Positions 10,364-20,139 of a stretch of DNA of 64,000 bases are shown in pieces. Location: the NCBI GenBank assembly GCA_049509475.1, contig JBEKZW010000005.1, positions 1 through 64,000 on the forward strand. Direction: 5' to 3'. A program made the translations under genes and the position numbers. This stretch comes from Sedimentisphaerales bacterium. GTDB lineage: Bacteria; Planctomycetota; Phycisphaerae; Sedimentisphaerales; Anaerobacaceae. The notes below the pieces were generated by a model. The model saw only the letters and a program-made list of their open reading frames with translations, had not been told where the DNA came from and did no database searches. Numbering within the stretch: position 1 is the stretch's first letter; each line of letters starts with the position of its first letter.

Positions 10364-11608
10364 TTACTTGAAATCCGGATTGGGGACGGGGTTCTGGCCG
10401 TATTGCTCGAGCATTTCGGGCTGGCAGACGGACTGGCGTTTGATGATGTATGAGTCACCCTCGATTCTGCCGCCGGTTTGCAGGATTGCTTTTTCGGCGC
10501 GCTTGAGTGAGCTGTTGATAAGGTCGGCATAAGTGTAATTAGTATGGCTGTATTTGTTATTGGGATATTTTTCGATTGATTCTTTCCACTGCTTGGGGAG
10601 TTTGTCGTAGCCGAGCATTGTCCCCACGATTGCGCCGGCGTTGGCGGGGTTGCAGTCGGAATCCTGGCCGCAGCGTATGGCATATTCGATGGTTTTTAAG
10701 ATGTCCCCGTCGCCGTAAAGAAGTCCGATAGTGATGAACGCGCCGTTGAATGACGCGGCGATTTTGAAGTTATCGCCTTCACTATTACTATTGCAATCGA
10801 CGGCGGTGTCGAGATATTTGTCGTTGATGAATTTCCAGCAGGCCTTGAAGTCGTCGGGGTTTTTATCGTGGAAGTCGATAACGTCTTTGATTGTCTGGTA
10901 GTATTGCGATTTTCGCGGCATTGATTCGATTGCCCGGCTGACGATTTTGTGAATGTCGTTACATTCGAAGGCGAGCGCAACCATCGTGCTGACGTAGCGG
11001 CCTCCGTAGACGCCGTCGCCGTAATTCATAACGTGGCCCACGCGGTCACTGAGCTGCGCCGCGGTCATCGGCATCGCCGGGCACATCAGGCCAATCCAGT
11101 CGCACTCAATCTGCCAGTCGATATCGTTGGCGCATTTGTTGAATCTTTTGCCCGGCCCCGCCCACATTCCGGTTTGCGGCGGTTTCATGCCTTTGCGGAG
11201 ATTTTCTCTGCCTGCTTTATTTGCGTGCCAGAGTTCGTAGCCGCTTTTTTTGAACGCCGCGCCATAATCATCCATAGTCGCCGCGAAGATTCCTTCGGGG
11301 TCGGCGAGTTTGGCGTCCATTGCGGAGATGAAGGTTATCTGCACATAGATATCATCCTGCGAGAAGCCGTCGTTGAGGTCTTGATACAGGTTGACCGCGC
11401 CTGTGAACATTTTGCCTTTGGCGTTGAATTCCGTCGGTCCCCCAATGCAGACGCCCGCTGTTTTGCCAAGCCAGCCGCCTTTTATTTTATCTTCGAGAGC
11501 TGATTTGCTGATTTTGAAATCACCTTTGCAGCGTTGCTGTTGCTGCCGGCAGCTTGCGCAAAAAACGACAACGAGTATCAAACCGGCAATCGCCAATTTT
11601 GTCCGCAT
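10364..11608 (-). CDS. ADP-ribosylglycohydrolase family lipoprotein
   Basis: Signal peptide plus Cys (FCASC). ADP-ribosylglycohydrolase motifs GGWLGKTAGVCIGGPTEF and CGQDSDCNPANAGAIVGTMLG. Confidence 0.8.
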   Translation of the reverse strand: MRTKLAIAGLILVVVFCASCRQQQQRCKGDFKISKSALEDKIKGGWLGKTAGVCIGGPTEFNAKGKMFTGAVNLYQDLNDGFSQDDIYVQITFISAMDAKLADPEGIFAATMDDYGAAFKKSGYELWHANKAGRENLRKGMKPPQTGMWAGPGKRFNKCANDIDWQIECDWIGLMCPAMPMTAAQLSDRVGHVMNYGDGVYGGRYVSTMVALAFECNDIHKIVSRAIESMPRKSQYYQTIKDVIDFHDKNPDDFKACWKFINDKYLDTAVDCNSNSEGDNFKIAASFNGAFITIGLLYGDGDILKTIEYAIRCGQDSDCNPANAGAIVGTMLGYDKLPKQWKESIEKYPNNKYSHTNYTYADLINSSLKRAEKAILQTGGRIEGDSYIIKRQSVCQPEMLEQYGQNPVPNPDFK

Positions 11609-11792
11609 GTCAAATCTCCTGTCAATTTACTGAATGACTGTTAAGCAGCGTATTCTGTAGGACAATATCAAAATCAGCATTGTTCGGCAAGCAAAAGAAA
11701 ATGTTGCTGGGCCGGTAAAAAAATGGCTGTGTGCCTCTCAATGGCACACAGCCAAAGCTCCAAAATAGTGATTAGGAGATTGAGTACTTTTT

Positions 11793-12530
11793 TTACCAGC
11801 CCCAATCCGGAGGCGGGACGTTGTGTCTTTCACGGTGAGGCATATTCCATTCCTGTTGCCCCATATTGTCCGTGCCTGGTCCCGGATTCCAGTTTTGCTG
11901 GAAACGATGCCCCCAGCCGCGCATCGGCCCGGGGCCACCTTGCTGAGGCGCCCAGTTATTCATGCCCATATAGCCCTGCTGACAGGGCATCTGTTCGCAT
12001 CCGCCTGCTGTTGGTCCAATACCGCCGCGATGGAATCCGCAGCAGCCGTTCATTGCTTCAAACTGCTGCCAGCGAGGGCCAGCCATTGGGTATCCCCAAT
12101 TACCAAACTGGCCTGGCATTGCCCAGCCCTGATTCCAGCCTGGGCCTGCCATTTGCGGGCCTTGACCCCAACCGGGACCTGCCATCTGTTGGCTCCAACC
12201 CCAGCCGAATCCCATCTGCCTCATCATTCGGCGATGTGCCCACCTGTGCCACCTGTTGAGTTTTACGAATTCCCGCATTTTTTCTCTGCGTTCCTGCATC
12301 TTGTTGATGATTTGACCCATTTTTTCTCTATCGTTGGCCTTATAGGCCTCGACCAGCTCATCGAGGAGCCGCTCGTGCCGGCCAAATCCCTGTGCGAATT
12401 GTTCGCCGACTTTTGCCTTTGAGGAGGCTTTTTCAGCGGATGCCTTTTCTTTCGCTTTTTCCGCGGCGAATACCGCTATAGTTACCAGTAAAACGGCCGC
12501 GATTATCCCTGTAACGATTTTTCTTGTCAT
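11793..12530 (-). CDS. Secreted low-complexity protein rich in Gly/Trp/Gln/Met/Pro
   Basis: Signal/anchor helix, a charged helical segment, then repeated MAGPGW / GWG / QQ units. No known domain. Confidence 0.55.
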   Translation of the reverse strand: MTRKIVTGIIAAVLLVTIAVFAAEKAKEKASAEKASSKAKVGEQFAQGFGRHERLLDELVEAYKANDREKMGQIINKMQERREKMREFVKLNRWHRWAHRRMMRQMGFGWGWSQQMAGPGWGQGPQMAGPGWNQGWAMPGQFGNWGYPMAGPRWQQFEAMNGCCGFHRGGIGPTAGGCEQMPCQQGYMGMNNWAPQQGGPGPMRGWGHRFQQNWNPGPGTDNMGQQEWNMPHRERHNVPPPDWGW

Positions 12531-12551
12531 ATTTCACCCCACTTAAAATTT

Positions 12552-12740
12552 TTGTTATTACCCAGTTCACGAATACAGACGTTTGACGAGTTAGTTTTAT
12601 TGCGATTTGATTTCGCTGCTATGGGCAGCAAATGGATGCAGGCCGACTCTAATCTTTACTGCGGCGGCTCAGACCTCACCGGTGACGGCTGGGTTGATTT
12701 GGAAGACCTCGCGGCTTTCGTCAACAATTGGCTGCAATAA
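12552..12740 (+). pseudogene. Orphan dockerin-like C-terminal fragment (likely gene remnant or mini-ORF)
   Basis: Encodes ...CGGSDLTGDGWVDLEDLAAFVNNWLQ, the calcium-binding-loop-like motif seen at C-termini of PVC-type secreted proteins. No upstream catalytic domain is present. Confidence 0.3.
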
Positions 12741-12857
12741 CCCAGCGTACCCAAATTCTTAATGTCCGAAAACACTTGCGAGTAGTCATCGTTCGAATTA
12801 AAATACACCTTAGCCGAATTAGGATACACCTTTCCTTAAAACTAAAACGAGGAACCA

Positions 12858-14387
12858 ATGCTGGCTAAATTATATAGTGTCGCGATTGAGGGTATCGAGG
12901 GAATCATTTGTGAAGTCGAGGTCGATGTCGCACGAGGCGGGTTCGACAAGACGTTAATCGTCGGACTGCCTGACGCTGCGGTAAAGGAAAGCGCCGAAAG
13001 AGTCCGAAGCGCAATCGTCAACTGCGGGTATAAATATCCGAAGACACAATCGCTGGTTAATCTTGCGCCGGCGGACATTAAAAAAGAAGGGCCTGCGTTC
13101 GATTTGCCGATAGCGCTGGGAATTCTTTTAGGGGAAAACGTTTTCAGCAGCGCTGTTTTGAAAGATTATACAATCGTGGGCGAATTGGCGCTAGACGGCA
13201 GGGTGAGGCCGGTCAACGGAGTGTTGAGTATGGCGATGACGGCCAAGACGGCGGGCTTTCGCGGGATAATCGTTCCCTTGGATAACGCGGCAGAGGCGGC
13301 GGTCGTCGAGGAGCTGGAGGTTTACGGCGTGGGGTCATTGACGCAGGCGGTTGATTTCCTGGGCGGGAAATTGCCTTTGCAGACCACGGCGATTGACGTC
13401 GACAAAATTTTCGGCGCCGAAAGCAAATACGACGTTGATTTTTCGGATGTTAAGGGACAGGAAAGCGTCAAGCGAGCGTTGACGGTGGCGGCAACGGGCG
13501 GACATAATATATTGATGATTGGTCCGCCGGGAGCGGGCAAGACGATGCTCGCGCAGCGGTTGGCGACGATTCTGCCTCCTTTGACATTAGCGGAGTCGCT
13601 TGAGACGACTCGCATATACTCTTCCGTCGGCCTTTTAGGAAAAGGCAAGGCGCTATTGGCGACGCGGCCTGTTCGTATGCCTCATCATACGGCGAGCGGC
13701 CCCGCCCTTGTGGGCGGCGGCGTAAACGCCAGACCCGGCGAATTGTCGTTTGCGCATCACGGGATATTGTTTCTCGATGAGTTCGCGGAGTTTCCGCGTC
13801 ACGTTCTTGAAATGATACGCCAGCCGTTAGAGGACGGCACGGTTACGGTTTCACGCGCCAAAAAATCTATCAAGTATTTCGCCGCGTTTTTGCTTGTGGC
13901 TTCGTGCAATCCGTGTCCCTGCGGGTATTTCGGGTCCGATTCGAGGCGGTGCAAATGCACGCCCGGGCAGGTAGAACGATATTTGTCGAAAATTTCAGGA
14001 CCGTTGATTGACCGAATCGATATTCATATAGACGTGCCCGCGGTGAGTTTCTACAAGCTGCGCTCGAGGGCGAACCAGCTTGATTCGGCGACGATAAGGG
14101 GGGACGTGATGAGGGGACGTGCGATTCAGGCGAAGCGATTCGACGACGGCAAACTAATAACCAACGCGAGAATGACGCACAAGCAAGTCGAGAAGTTCTG
14201 CAAGCTGGATGAATCGGGCGAGATGCTTCTCAAAGAGGCGATGATGGAATTCGGCTTGTCGGCCCGTGCGCACGACAAAATCTGCAAGGTCGCCCGTACC
14301 ATAGCGGACCTGGCCGGCTGTGAGGACATAAGGCCCGAACACGTCGCCGAGGCAATTGGCTATCGGAAATTAGACAGAAAACTCTAA
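12858..14387 (+). CDS. comM: YifB/ComM family Mg-chelatase-like ATPase
   Basis: 509 aa. N-terminal Lon-like domain, Walker A GPPGAGKT, Walker B LFLDEFAEF, and a C-terminal ComM tail. Confidence 0.9.
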   Translation: MLAKLYSVAIEGIEGIICEVEVDVARGGFDKTLIVGLPDAAVKESAERVRSAIVNCGYKYPKTQSLVNLAPADIKKEGPAFDLPIALGILLGENVFSSAVLKDYTIVGELALDGRVRPVNGVLSMAMTAKTAGFRGIIVPLDNAAEAAVVEELEVYGVGSLTQAVDFLGGKLPLQTTAIDVDKIFGAESKYDVDFSDVKGQESVKRALTVAATGGHNILMIGPPGAGKTMLAQRLATILPPLTLAESLETTRIYSSVGLLGKGKALLATRPVRMPHHTASGPALVGGGVNARPGELSFAHHGILFLDEFAEFPRHVLEMIRQPLEDGTVTVSRAKKSIKYFAAFLLVASCNPCPCGYFGSDSRRCKCTPGQVERYLSKISGPLIDRIDIHIDVPAVSFYKLRSRANQLDSATIRGDVMRGRAIQAKRFDDGKLITNARMTHKQVEKFCKLDESGEMLLKEAMMEFGLSARAHDKICKVARTIADLAGCEDIRPEHVAEAIGYRKLDRKL

Positions 14388-14580
14388 GGTGTAACCCAAT
14401 TTCCTTTTGCTTTTTGGGGTCCTAAAAACATCTGTTTTCCATCAAATCCCATATTCAATATATCCATCTAAGTCCTTCTGTGGCAAGGTATTACGTTTTT
14501 GTGTTTTTTGCTTAACCTGCCCTGTGCAGATGTCGATAGAAAGTATGCTGTATTAAGAACCAATTTTTGAGGGTTAAAAA

Positions 14581-14916
14581 ATGGGAATTCAGAACTGGTC
14601 GGAAAATATAGTTCTCGTTGACCTGCCTGCCGAACCGCTGATGGGCGATGAGCTGAAGACCGTCGCGGACATTATAAAAGACAGAGGCGATTGCGACGTG
14701 GTGGTTGATTTCTCTACCATTGACATTATAACATCATCGAGCTTATCGAAGTTTCTCAAGCTGCGAAAAATGTTGATGGATTGTGGCCACCAGCTCATCT
14801 TTTGCAATGTCTCGCCGGCCACAAAGGGCATCTTTGCCGTGACGGGTCTTGAGGGCGTCTTTAAGGTTGTTGAAGATAAATTTGTCGCCCTTGCGGGTCT
14901 TCAGTTAGTCAGGTAA
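14581..14916 (+). CDS. STAS-domain anti-sigma factor antagonist-like protein
   Basis: 111 aa with the SpoIIAA-like pattern (VVDFSTIDIITSSSLSKFLKL). Confidence 0.75.
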   Translation: MGIQNWSENIVLVDLPAEPLMGDELKTVADIIKDRGDCDVVVDFSTIDIITSSSLSKFLKLRKMLMDCGHQLIFCNVSPATKGIFAVTGLEGVFKVVEDKFVALAGLQLVR

Positions 14917-14971
14917 TCAGGGTCCAAAAGTATCCTGCGAAAAATCACCCCTGCCCGATAACGCTGTCCAG

Positions 14972-16144
14972 CTACTCGCTAATTTTCCCGCGCAGTGATG
15001 AGACTGAGTTACATATTCGCTCAACGGCAAAATCGATTTCCTGTTCCGCAGTAAAACGCCCCAGGCTGAACCGCACGGCGCTGGCTGCAGAATCTTCACT
15101 GACACCCATTGTTCTGAGGACATAGTTTGAGCCGGAGGTCCCGGATTCACAGGCCGAACTGGCTGAGGCGGCGACTTCAGGAGTTTTGCCGAGCAGGGAA
15201 ACGGCCTCAATACCTCCAAAGGAAACATTCACGGTGTTGGGCAGGCGTTCGGAGGGGTGACCGTTTATCTGTATATCAGGAATAGTTTTTTTCAGGCCTG
15301 TTTCCAGTTTATCTCGCAGTTCGGCCGACAGGGAAGGTTTGTCGCCGAGTTCCTCTTCGCACAATTCACAGGCCTTGCCTAGTCCGACAATTCCGGGGAC
15401 GTTGAGTGTTCCGCTGCGAAGGAAATGTTCCTGTCCGCCGCCGTCGATTTGGGCGGTCAGCCGGACTTTGGGGCTTTTGCCTCGCATGTAAAGAGCTCCG
15501 ACACCTTTAGGGCCGTAAATTTTGTGTCCGGAAAACGCCAGCAAATCGGCATTTAGCCGGTTCACGTTCACCGCGAGTTTCCCAATTGCCTGGGTGGCAT
15601 CGCAGAAAAACAGTATTCCGTGTTTTTTGCAGATTGCGCCGATTTCCTCCGCGGGGTTAATCGTTCCCACGACGTTATTGGCGAGCATAACGCAGACAAG
15701 TATAGTTTGTTTTGTAATCGCTTCGGCCACCTGCTCCTGTGAAATACGACCAAAGGAATCAGGACGAAGCACCGTCAGCGAGAAACCCTGCTGTTGGAGC
15801 CGTTTGCAGGGTTCGAGGACGGCTTTATGCTCAATGGCGGAGACAATAATATGATTACCTCTTTCGCGATACGCCTCTGCTGCGCCTTTAATCGCAAGAT
15901 TGCAGCCCTCCGTTGTGCCGGATGTGAAAATAATTTCCCTGGCGGATGCGCCGATAAGTTTGGCTGTCTGACTGCGGGCGGCCTCGACCATATCTCTCGC
16001 CTGGCGTCCCAGCGAATGACTTTCGCTGGAAGGATTCCCGAACGCTGAAGTGAGGGCGGGCATCATACTTTCGAGCACGCGCTTATCCAAAGGTGTTGTC
16101 GCGTTGTAATCGAGATATACGGGCTTATTTATTTTAGCTTCCAT
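14972..16144 (-). CDS. iscS: Cysteine desulfurase (IscS/NifS family)
   Basis: 390 aa. Class V aminotransferase hallmarks: PLP lysine region SGHKIYGPKGVGALY and active-site Cys loop SSASACESG. Confidence 0.9.
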   Translation of the reverse strand: MEAKINKPVYLDYNATTPLDKRVLESMMPALTSAFGNPSSESHSLGRQARDMVEAARSQTAKLIGASAREIIFTSGTTEGCNLAIKGAAEAYRERGNHIIVSAIEHKAVLEPCKRLQQQGFSLTVLRPDSFGRISQEQVAEAITKQTILVCVMLANNVVGTINPAEEIGAICKKHGILFFCDATQAIGKLAVNVNRLNADLLAFSGHKIYGPKGVGALYMRGKSPKVRLTAQIDGGGQEHFLRSGTLNVPGIVGLGKACELCEEELGDKPSLSAELRDKLETGLKKTIPDIQINGHPSERLPNTVNVSFGGIEAVSLLGKTPEVAASASSACESGTSGSNYVLRTMGVSEDSAASAVRFSLGRFTAEQEIDFAVERICNSVSSLRGKISE

Positions 16145-16152
16145 CAGGAGTT

Positions 16153-16929
16153 CTATGGCTCAAGGAACTCAAAATTTTTGTGAACACAGCAGGGACAATC
16201 GGCGTTCTTGTTCAGTTTCGAGACATCGATTTGCTTTGCAACATTATTCCATACGTCAAAAACAAGCAGGCATTGTCCTCCCTTGTCCGAATTGCCGGAG
16301 AGAATTTTTATTGCCTCCGATGCCTCGAACGCGGCCACCATTGCCACTGCCGGGCCAAGCACACCGGTTTGTCGGCAGGTTTGCCCGTTACACGCGGGAG
16401 GCGAACCGAGCAGGCAGCGAAGGCAGGGGGTTTTGCCTGGGATTATGGCCATCACCTGCGCCTCAGTGCCGAGGACGCCGGCGAACACCCACGGTTTTGA
16501 TTTTTTTATCGCGCAGTCGTTGAGGATGAACCTTGCGGGGAAATTATCTGTCCCGTCGATAATCACGTCGACACCTTCGGTCAGCCGGTTTGCAGTCAGC
16601 CGGTCTATTCTCGCGAAGACGGTTTCAATTTCGCAATTGCTGTTAATTTCACGAAGATGGTTTGCCGCTGCGTTTATTTTTAAAGTGCGTTGGTTCGCGT
16701 CTTTTTCAGTAAAAAGCGACTGTCTGTGTATATTGGTCAGCTCAACGTAGTCATCGTCCACGAGCCGGAGGCGCCCGACGCCTGCGCGGACGAGCAATTC
16801 CGCAACCCACGAGCCGAGTCCGCCGACGCCGACGATGAGGGCGCTGCTGTCGGCGAGACGACGCTGGCCTTCTTCGCCGAATGGTTTGAAGGTAATCTGT
16901 CTTGCGTAGCGTGAGAGATCCGGGTTCAT
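16153..16929 (-). CDS. ThiF/MoeB-family E1-like adenylyltransferase
   Basis: Nucleotide-binding GVGGLGS motif and CxxC pairs (CLRC, CPCC). Transcribed in tandem between mnmA and iscS with 2- and 9-nt gaps. Confidence 0.85.
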   Translation of the reverse strand: MNPDLSRYARQITFKPFGEEGQRRLADSSALIVGVGGLGSWVAELLVRAGVGRLRLVDDDYVELTNIHRQSLFTEKDANQRTLKINAAANHLREINSNCEIETVFARIDRLTANRLTEGVDVIIDGTDNFPARFILNDCAIKKSKPWVFAGVLGTEAQVMAIIPGKTPCLRCLLGSPPACNGQTCRQTGVLGPAVAMVAAFEASEAIKILSGNSDKGGQCLLVFDVWNNVAKQIDVSKLNKNADCPCCVHKNFEFLEP

Positions 16930-16930
16930 T

Positions 16931-18019
16931 TTATAGTGAGCTTGTCGAGCTATTTGTTTTTTCTTTTATCCACCCGCCTCCGAGAAGACAATCCCCGGAG
17001 TAAACCACGGCCGCCTGGCCTGGAGTAACCGCCTCTAATGGCTTGTCAAAACGCACCCTGAAGGTGTCTTTGCCTGTAATAATGACCTTTGCCGCGGCGC
17101 CGCGATGATTATAGCGGATTTTTACCGTTGCGTCGAATTCAGTCGGTACGTCAACCTGCCAGTTTGCGCCGTCGGCGGTCAGGCCGCCCGCAAGCAGGTC
17201 TTTTTTTTCGCCGATGGTTACGTCGGCTGTTTGCGGATTTATATCAGTAACATAAACGGGATGTCCCGCCGCGATACCCGTGCCGCGACGCTGGCCGATA
17301 GTGAACTTGCCGTAACCGTCGTGTTTGCCGATAATTTTGCCGGATGTGTCTATGAAATTTCCCGCCCGAAGCGCCGAGCTATTGTGCACCTCAAGCAATT
17401 TTGCGTAGTTACCGTCCGGGACAAAACATATATCCTGGCTGTCGGGCTTGTCGTGGACCTCCAGGCCCAGCTCTTTGGCAATATCTCTGACGGCCTGCTT
17501 GTTTTTCAACTGGCCGACGGGGAAAATAATCCTGTCTAATTTTTCGCGTGGTATGCTGAATAAAACGTATGACTGGTCCTTGCCCGGCGCGAGAGCGGGT
17601 GCAACGGCGTGTTGTTTTTTGTAGTCGATAATTCTGGCGTAATGCCCTGTTGCCACATATTGCACGCCTAAGGAATCTGCCAGCTCGAAGAGTTTGCCGA
17701 ACTTGATTTTCTCGTTGCATCGGACGCAGGGGTTGGGTGTTCGGCCTTTTTCATAATCATCGATAAAGTTTTTGATTATGGTTTCAAAATCTTTTGTCGC
17801 CGACAGGGAAATGAACTTCACACCGAGCTTTGCGGCGATTTGCCGGGCATCGGCTGCATCCTGCGGGGTGCAGCAGGAACGTGAGTTGCTCTCGAAAGCG
17901 TGTTCCATTTGCAAGCAAAGGAACACCGCAGTAACGTCGTATCCCTGCTTTTTGAGCAATGCCGCGGCCACCGCCGAGTCAACGCCGCCGCTAACAGCCA
18001 CCAGTACTTTTTTTCGCAT
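16931..18019 (-). CDS. mnmA: tRNA-specific 2-thiouridylase
   Basis: 362 aa. PP-loop SGGVDSAV, catalytic Cys regions, and MnmA-like length. Confidence 0.9.
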   Translation of the reverse strand: MRKKVLVAVSGGVDSAVAAALLKKQGYDVTAVFLCLQMEHAFESNSRSCCTPQDAADARQIAAKLGVKFISLSATKDFETIIKNFIDDYEKGRTPNPCVRCNEKIKFGKLFELADSLGVQYVATGHYARIIDYKKQHAVAPALAPGKDQSYVLFSIPREKLDRIIFPVGQLKNKQAVRDIAKELGLEVHDKPDSQDICFVPDGNYAKLLEVHNSSALRAGNFIDTSGKIIGKHDGYGKFTIGQRRGTGIAAGHPVYVTDINPQTADVTIGEKKDLLAGGLTADGANWQVDVPTEFDATVKIRYNHRGAAAKVIITGKDTFRVRFDKPLEAVTPGQAAVVYSGDCLLGGGWIKEKTNSSTSSL

Positions 18020-18256
18020 ATCCGTATTTCGTATCCTGTCAAGCCAACAGGCCGTGCGGAGATGAACCGCTGACGTTTCGCCTGTTCTACAATGATTTTA
18101 GCTTACCTGGATTTGTTTTCGAGGATTTTTTGGAATATCCGGCAGGGAACAGATATGAGTATGCGCAAAAAAAGACAATTGGAAGTTCCGATTTTTGAGG
18201 AACGCCAATTGTCGCTTTGGTCGGTGATGGCCGAGCCGAATAATAACTTTACGAGG

Positions 18257-18622
18257 TCAGGCGGAGGATTCTTTGTCTTTGGCTTTTCTCTTCCACCATT
18301 CCGGCTTGGCCGGTTCCTGCACCCTCTGCTCCCACTTCTCTCCCTGCTTATCGAACTGAACCTTGTCCGCCTTTATATCAAACACCTTGACGTCGTGGAT
18401 TATGTCGCCCTTGTGGAGCATCTGGTCTTCGATGAGAACAGTCGGAGTGTCGTCGCAATACAGGATAGCGGTTATCACTCCGAACCGTGGTTCGGGGCGT
18501 TCAACCACCGCCGCTGCATCTTTTTTCCCGTCTTTAGAGGCCTGTGTAGCAACTTTCCAGCCGAGCATTCCGCAGATGGCTATAGCCGCCAAGACGAGCC
18601 ATTTTATTGTGCTTTTATCCAT
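18257..18622 (-). CDS. Small secreted/membrane-anchored hypothetical protein
   Basis: 121 aa with an N-terminal hydrophobic helix. No known domain. Confidence 0.45.
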   Translation of the reverse strand: MDKSTIKWLVLAAIAICGMLGWKVATQASKDGKKDAAAVVERPEPRFGVITAILYCDDTPTVLIEDQMLHKGDIIHDVKVFDIKADKVQFDKQGEKWEQRVQEPAKPEWWKRKAKDKESSA

Positions 18623-18930
18623 AGATTCAAGTAAACAATAAGTCGTTCAAGATGCGTATTTTCGTCACGTCCGTGCCTCTTCTGCCAAAGTACTGTGCCC
18701 GAATGTGCCGACACTGAACCCATCGGCATTATCACACCTTCTCCTAAAATTCGTTCTTACCCATCACTGTTATTTGTACTCAAATCCTCAACGTCCGAGA
18801 AAATCCCGTCTGAACGGGCATAGATTCGGCGGTATTGCTCTAATTTATAATATACAATTCCCACGCCGAGTCCCTAACGGCTTTTGGAAAATAATTTAGA
18901 GAATAAATGATGCGGCCGGGGCCGGCGGAT

Positions 18931-19566
18931 TCATATCGTGTGTTCTTTTTGCCTTTTGGGGACAGATATTTCCAATCCATGGGGGGTTTGGAAAACAGGT
19001 GCGGAGTCGGCGGCATCCACCGTTTGGTGTCCCTCACGGGACTGTGGCGATTTACCCATCCGGCTGCGGCCCGGCTCATTCGTTGTTTCCGGGTTCTCAA
19101 CATCGCCTACGATGGCAGGAGTTCGTCCGGCCAATTCCGCCATCGCATGGCAGCGGATAACCTTGCCGTAAAATCCGTCTTTGTCCAGCGTGTAAACTTT
19201 CAGGGCACTGCTCGCCACCGCCCCAAGCTCGCCTCTGCGGGCAAGCTCGGCGAAACACAGCCGGCGCATTTCGATATCTCGCTGGTCAGGTGAATCGGCC
19301 TGCTCAACAAGGCCTACTAAAAAGTTTCTGGCTAAAAGCTCCATACCGCTGGAGAGGTTGCGTTTTTTAACGAGCGGTTTAGGGGGCTCGACGATGGTCT
19401 CGATTATTTCATCGTGGGCTTCCTGCTCGACGCGTTTGGCGCGGGATTTGACTAGGCCGTAAATGCCAACGCCGGCGGCCAGGATGACCACCATCAGCAG
19501 TTGAATCCAGAATGTCCCTTCGTCCTCAACCGCTCCAAGAACAATAACCGCAAGACACCGGCTCAC
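18931..19566 (-). CDS. Membrane-anchored hypothetical protein, paralog B of a tandem pair
   Basis: About 80 aa core (GMELLARNFLVGLVEQAD...MRRLCFAELARR...YGKVIRCHAMAEL) is shared with the upstream ORF 19591-19989. Confidence 0.5.
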   Translation of the reverse strand: MSRCLAVIVLGAVEDEGTFWIQLLMVVILAAGVGIYGLVKSRAKRVEQEAHDEIIETIVEPPKPLVKKRNLSSGMELLARNFLVGLVEQADSPDQRDIEMRRLCFAELARRGELGAVASSALKVYTLDKDGFYGKVIRCHAMAELAGRTPAIVGDVENPETTNEPGRSRMGKSPQSREGHQTVDAADSAPVFQTPHGLEISVPKRQKEHTI

Positions 19567-19590
19567 AGGCCCTCGCTTGGCATACGCCGA

Positions 19591-19989
19591 TTAACCCTTT
19601 TGCTCAGTCCGACGGGTAAGCTCCTTCATCGCTGCGCACTGAATGTCCTTGCCGTACAGGTTTTTTTCGTCCACGGAGTAAACCATCAGCGAGGAGCTGT
19701 CTATTTCGCTTTGCTGATTTCGGCGAAGCACCTCATTGAAGCTGAGCCGGCGCATCGCGACGTCGTTTTTGTCTTCGCCGTCGGTGTTTTCGATTACGCC
19801 CAGCAGGAAATCCATTTCGAGCATTTCCATGCCGCCCGCCAGGTTTCGCCCCGTTCTGGTCTTTTTTTCCATCGTCGCCTCTCCTGAAATCTCTTCTGTT
19901 TGGCCCAGTTCAACAATCCTTGTTCCTGAGCTTTTACGGACTTCGAATTTTCTGTCTCCGATTCCAAATGCCATCGTCGTATCCTCCAA
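19591..19989 (-). CDS. Hypothetical protein, paralog A of a tandem pair
   Basis: The same core domain as 18931-19566 (GMEMLEMDFLLGVIENTD...MRRLSFNEVLRR...YGKDIQCAAMKEL). Confidence 0.5.
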   Translation of the reverse strand: MEDTTMAFGIGDRKFEVRKSSGTRIVELGQTEEISGEATMEKKTRTGRNLAGGMEMLEMDFLLGVIENTDGEDKNDVAMRRLSFNEVLRRNQQSEIDSSSLMVYSVDEKNLYGKDIQCAAMKELTRRTEQKG

Positions 19990-20139
19990 AAAATAATACC
20001 TGCCACCCTGAATTACCGGGGCAGCTTCATTTCCATATTGCCCAGATTATACACCCGTGCCGGTAATCATATCAAACAAAATTCCAAATCCGCCGGTTCC
20101 CGGTCGGATTATTTGCGTTGAGGAAAGAATTCTGGTATT

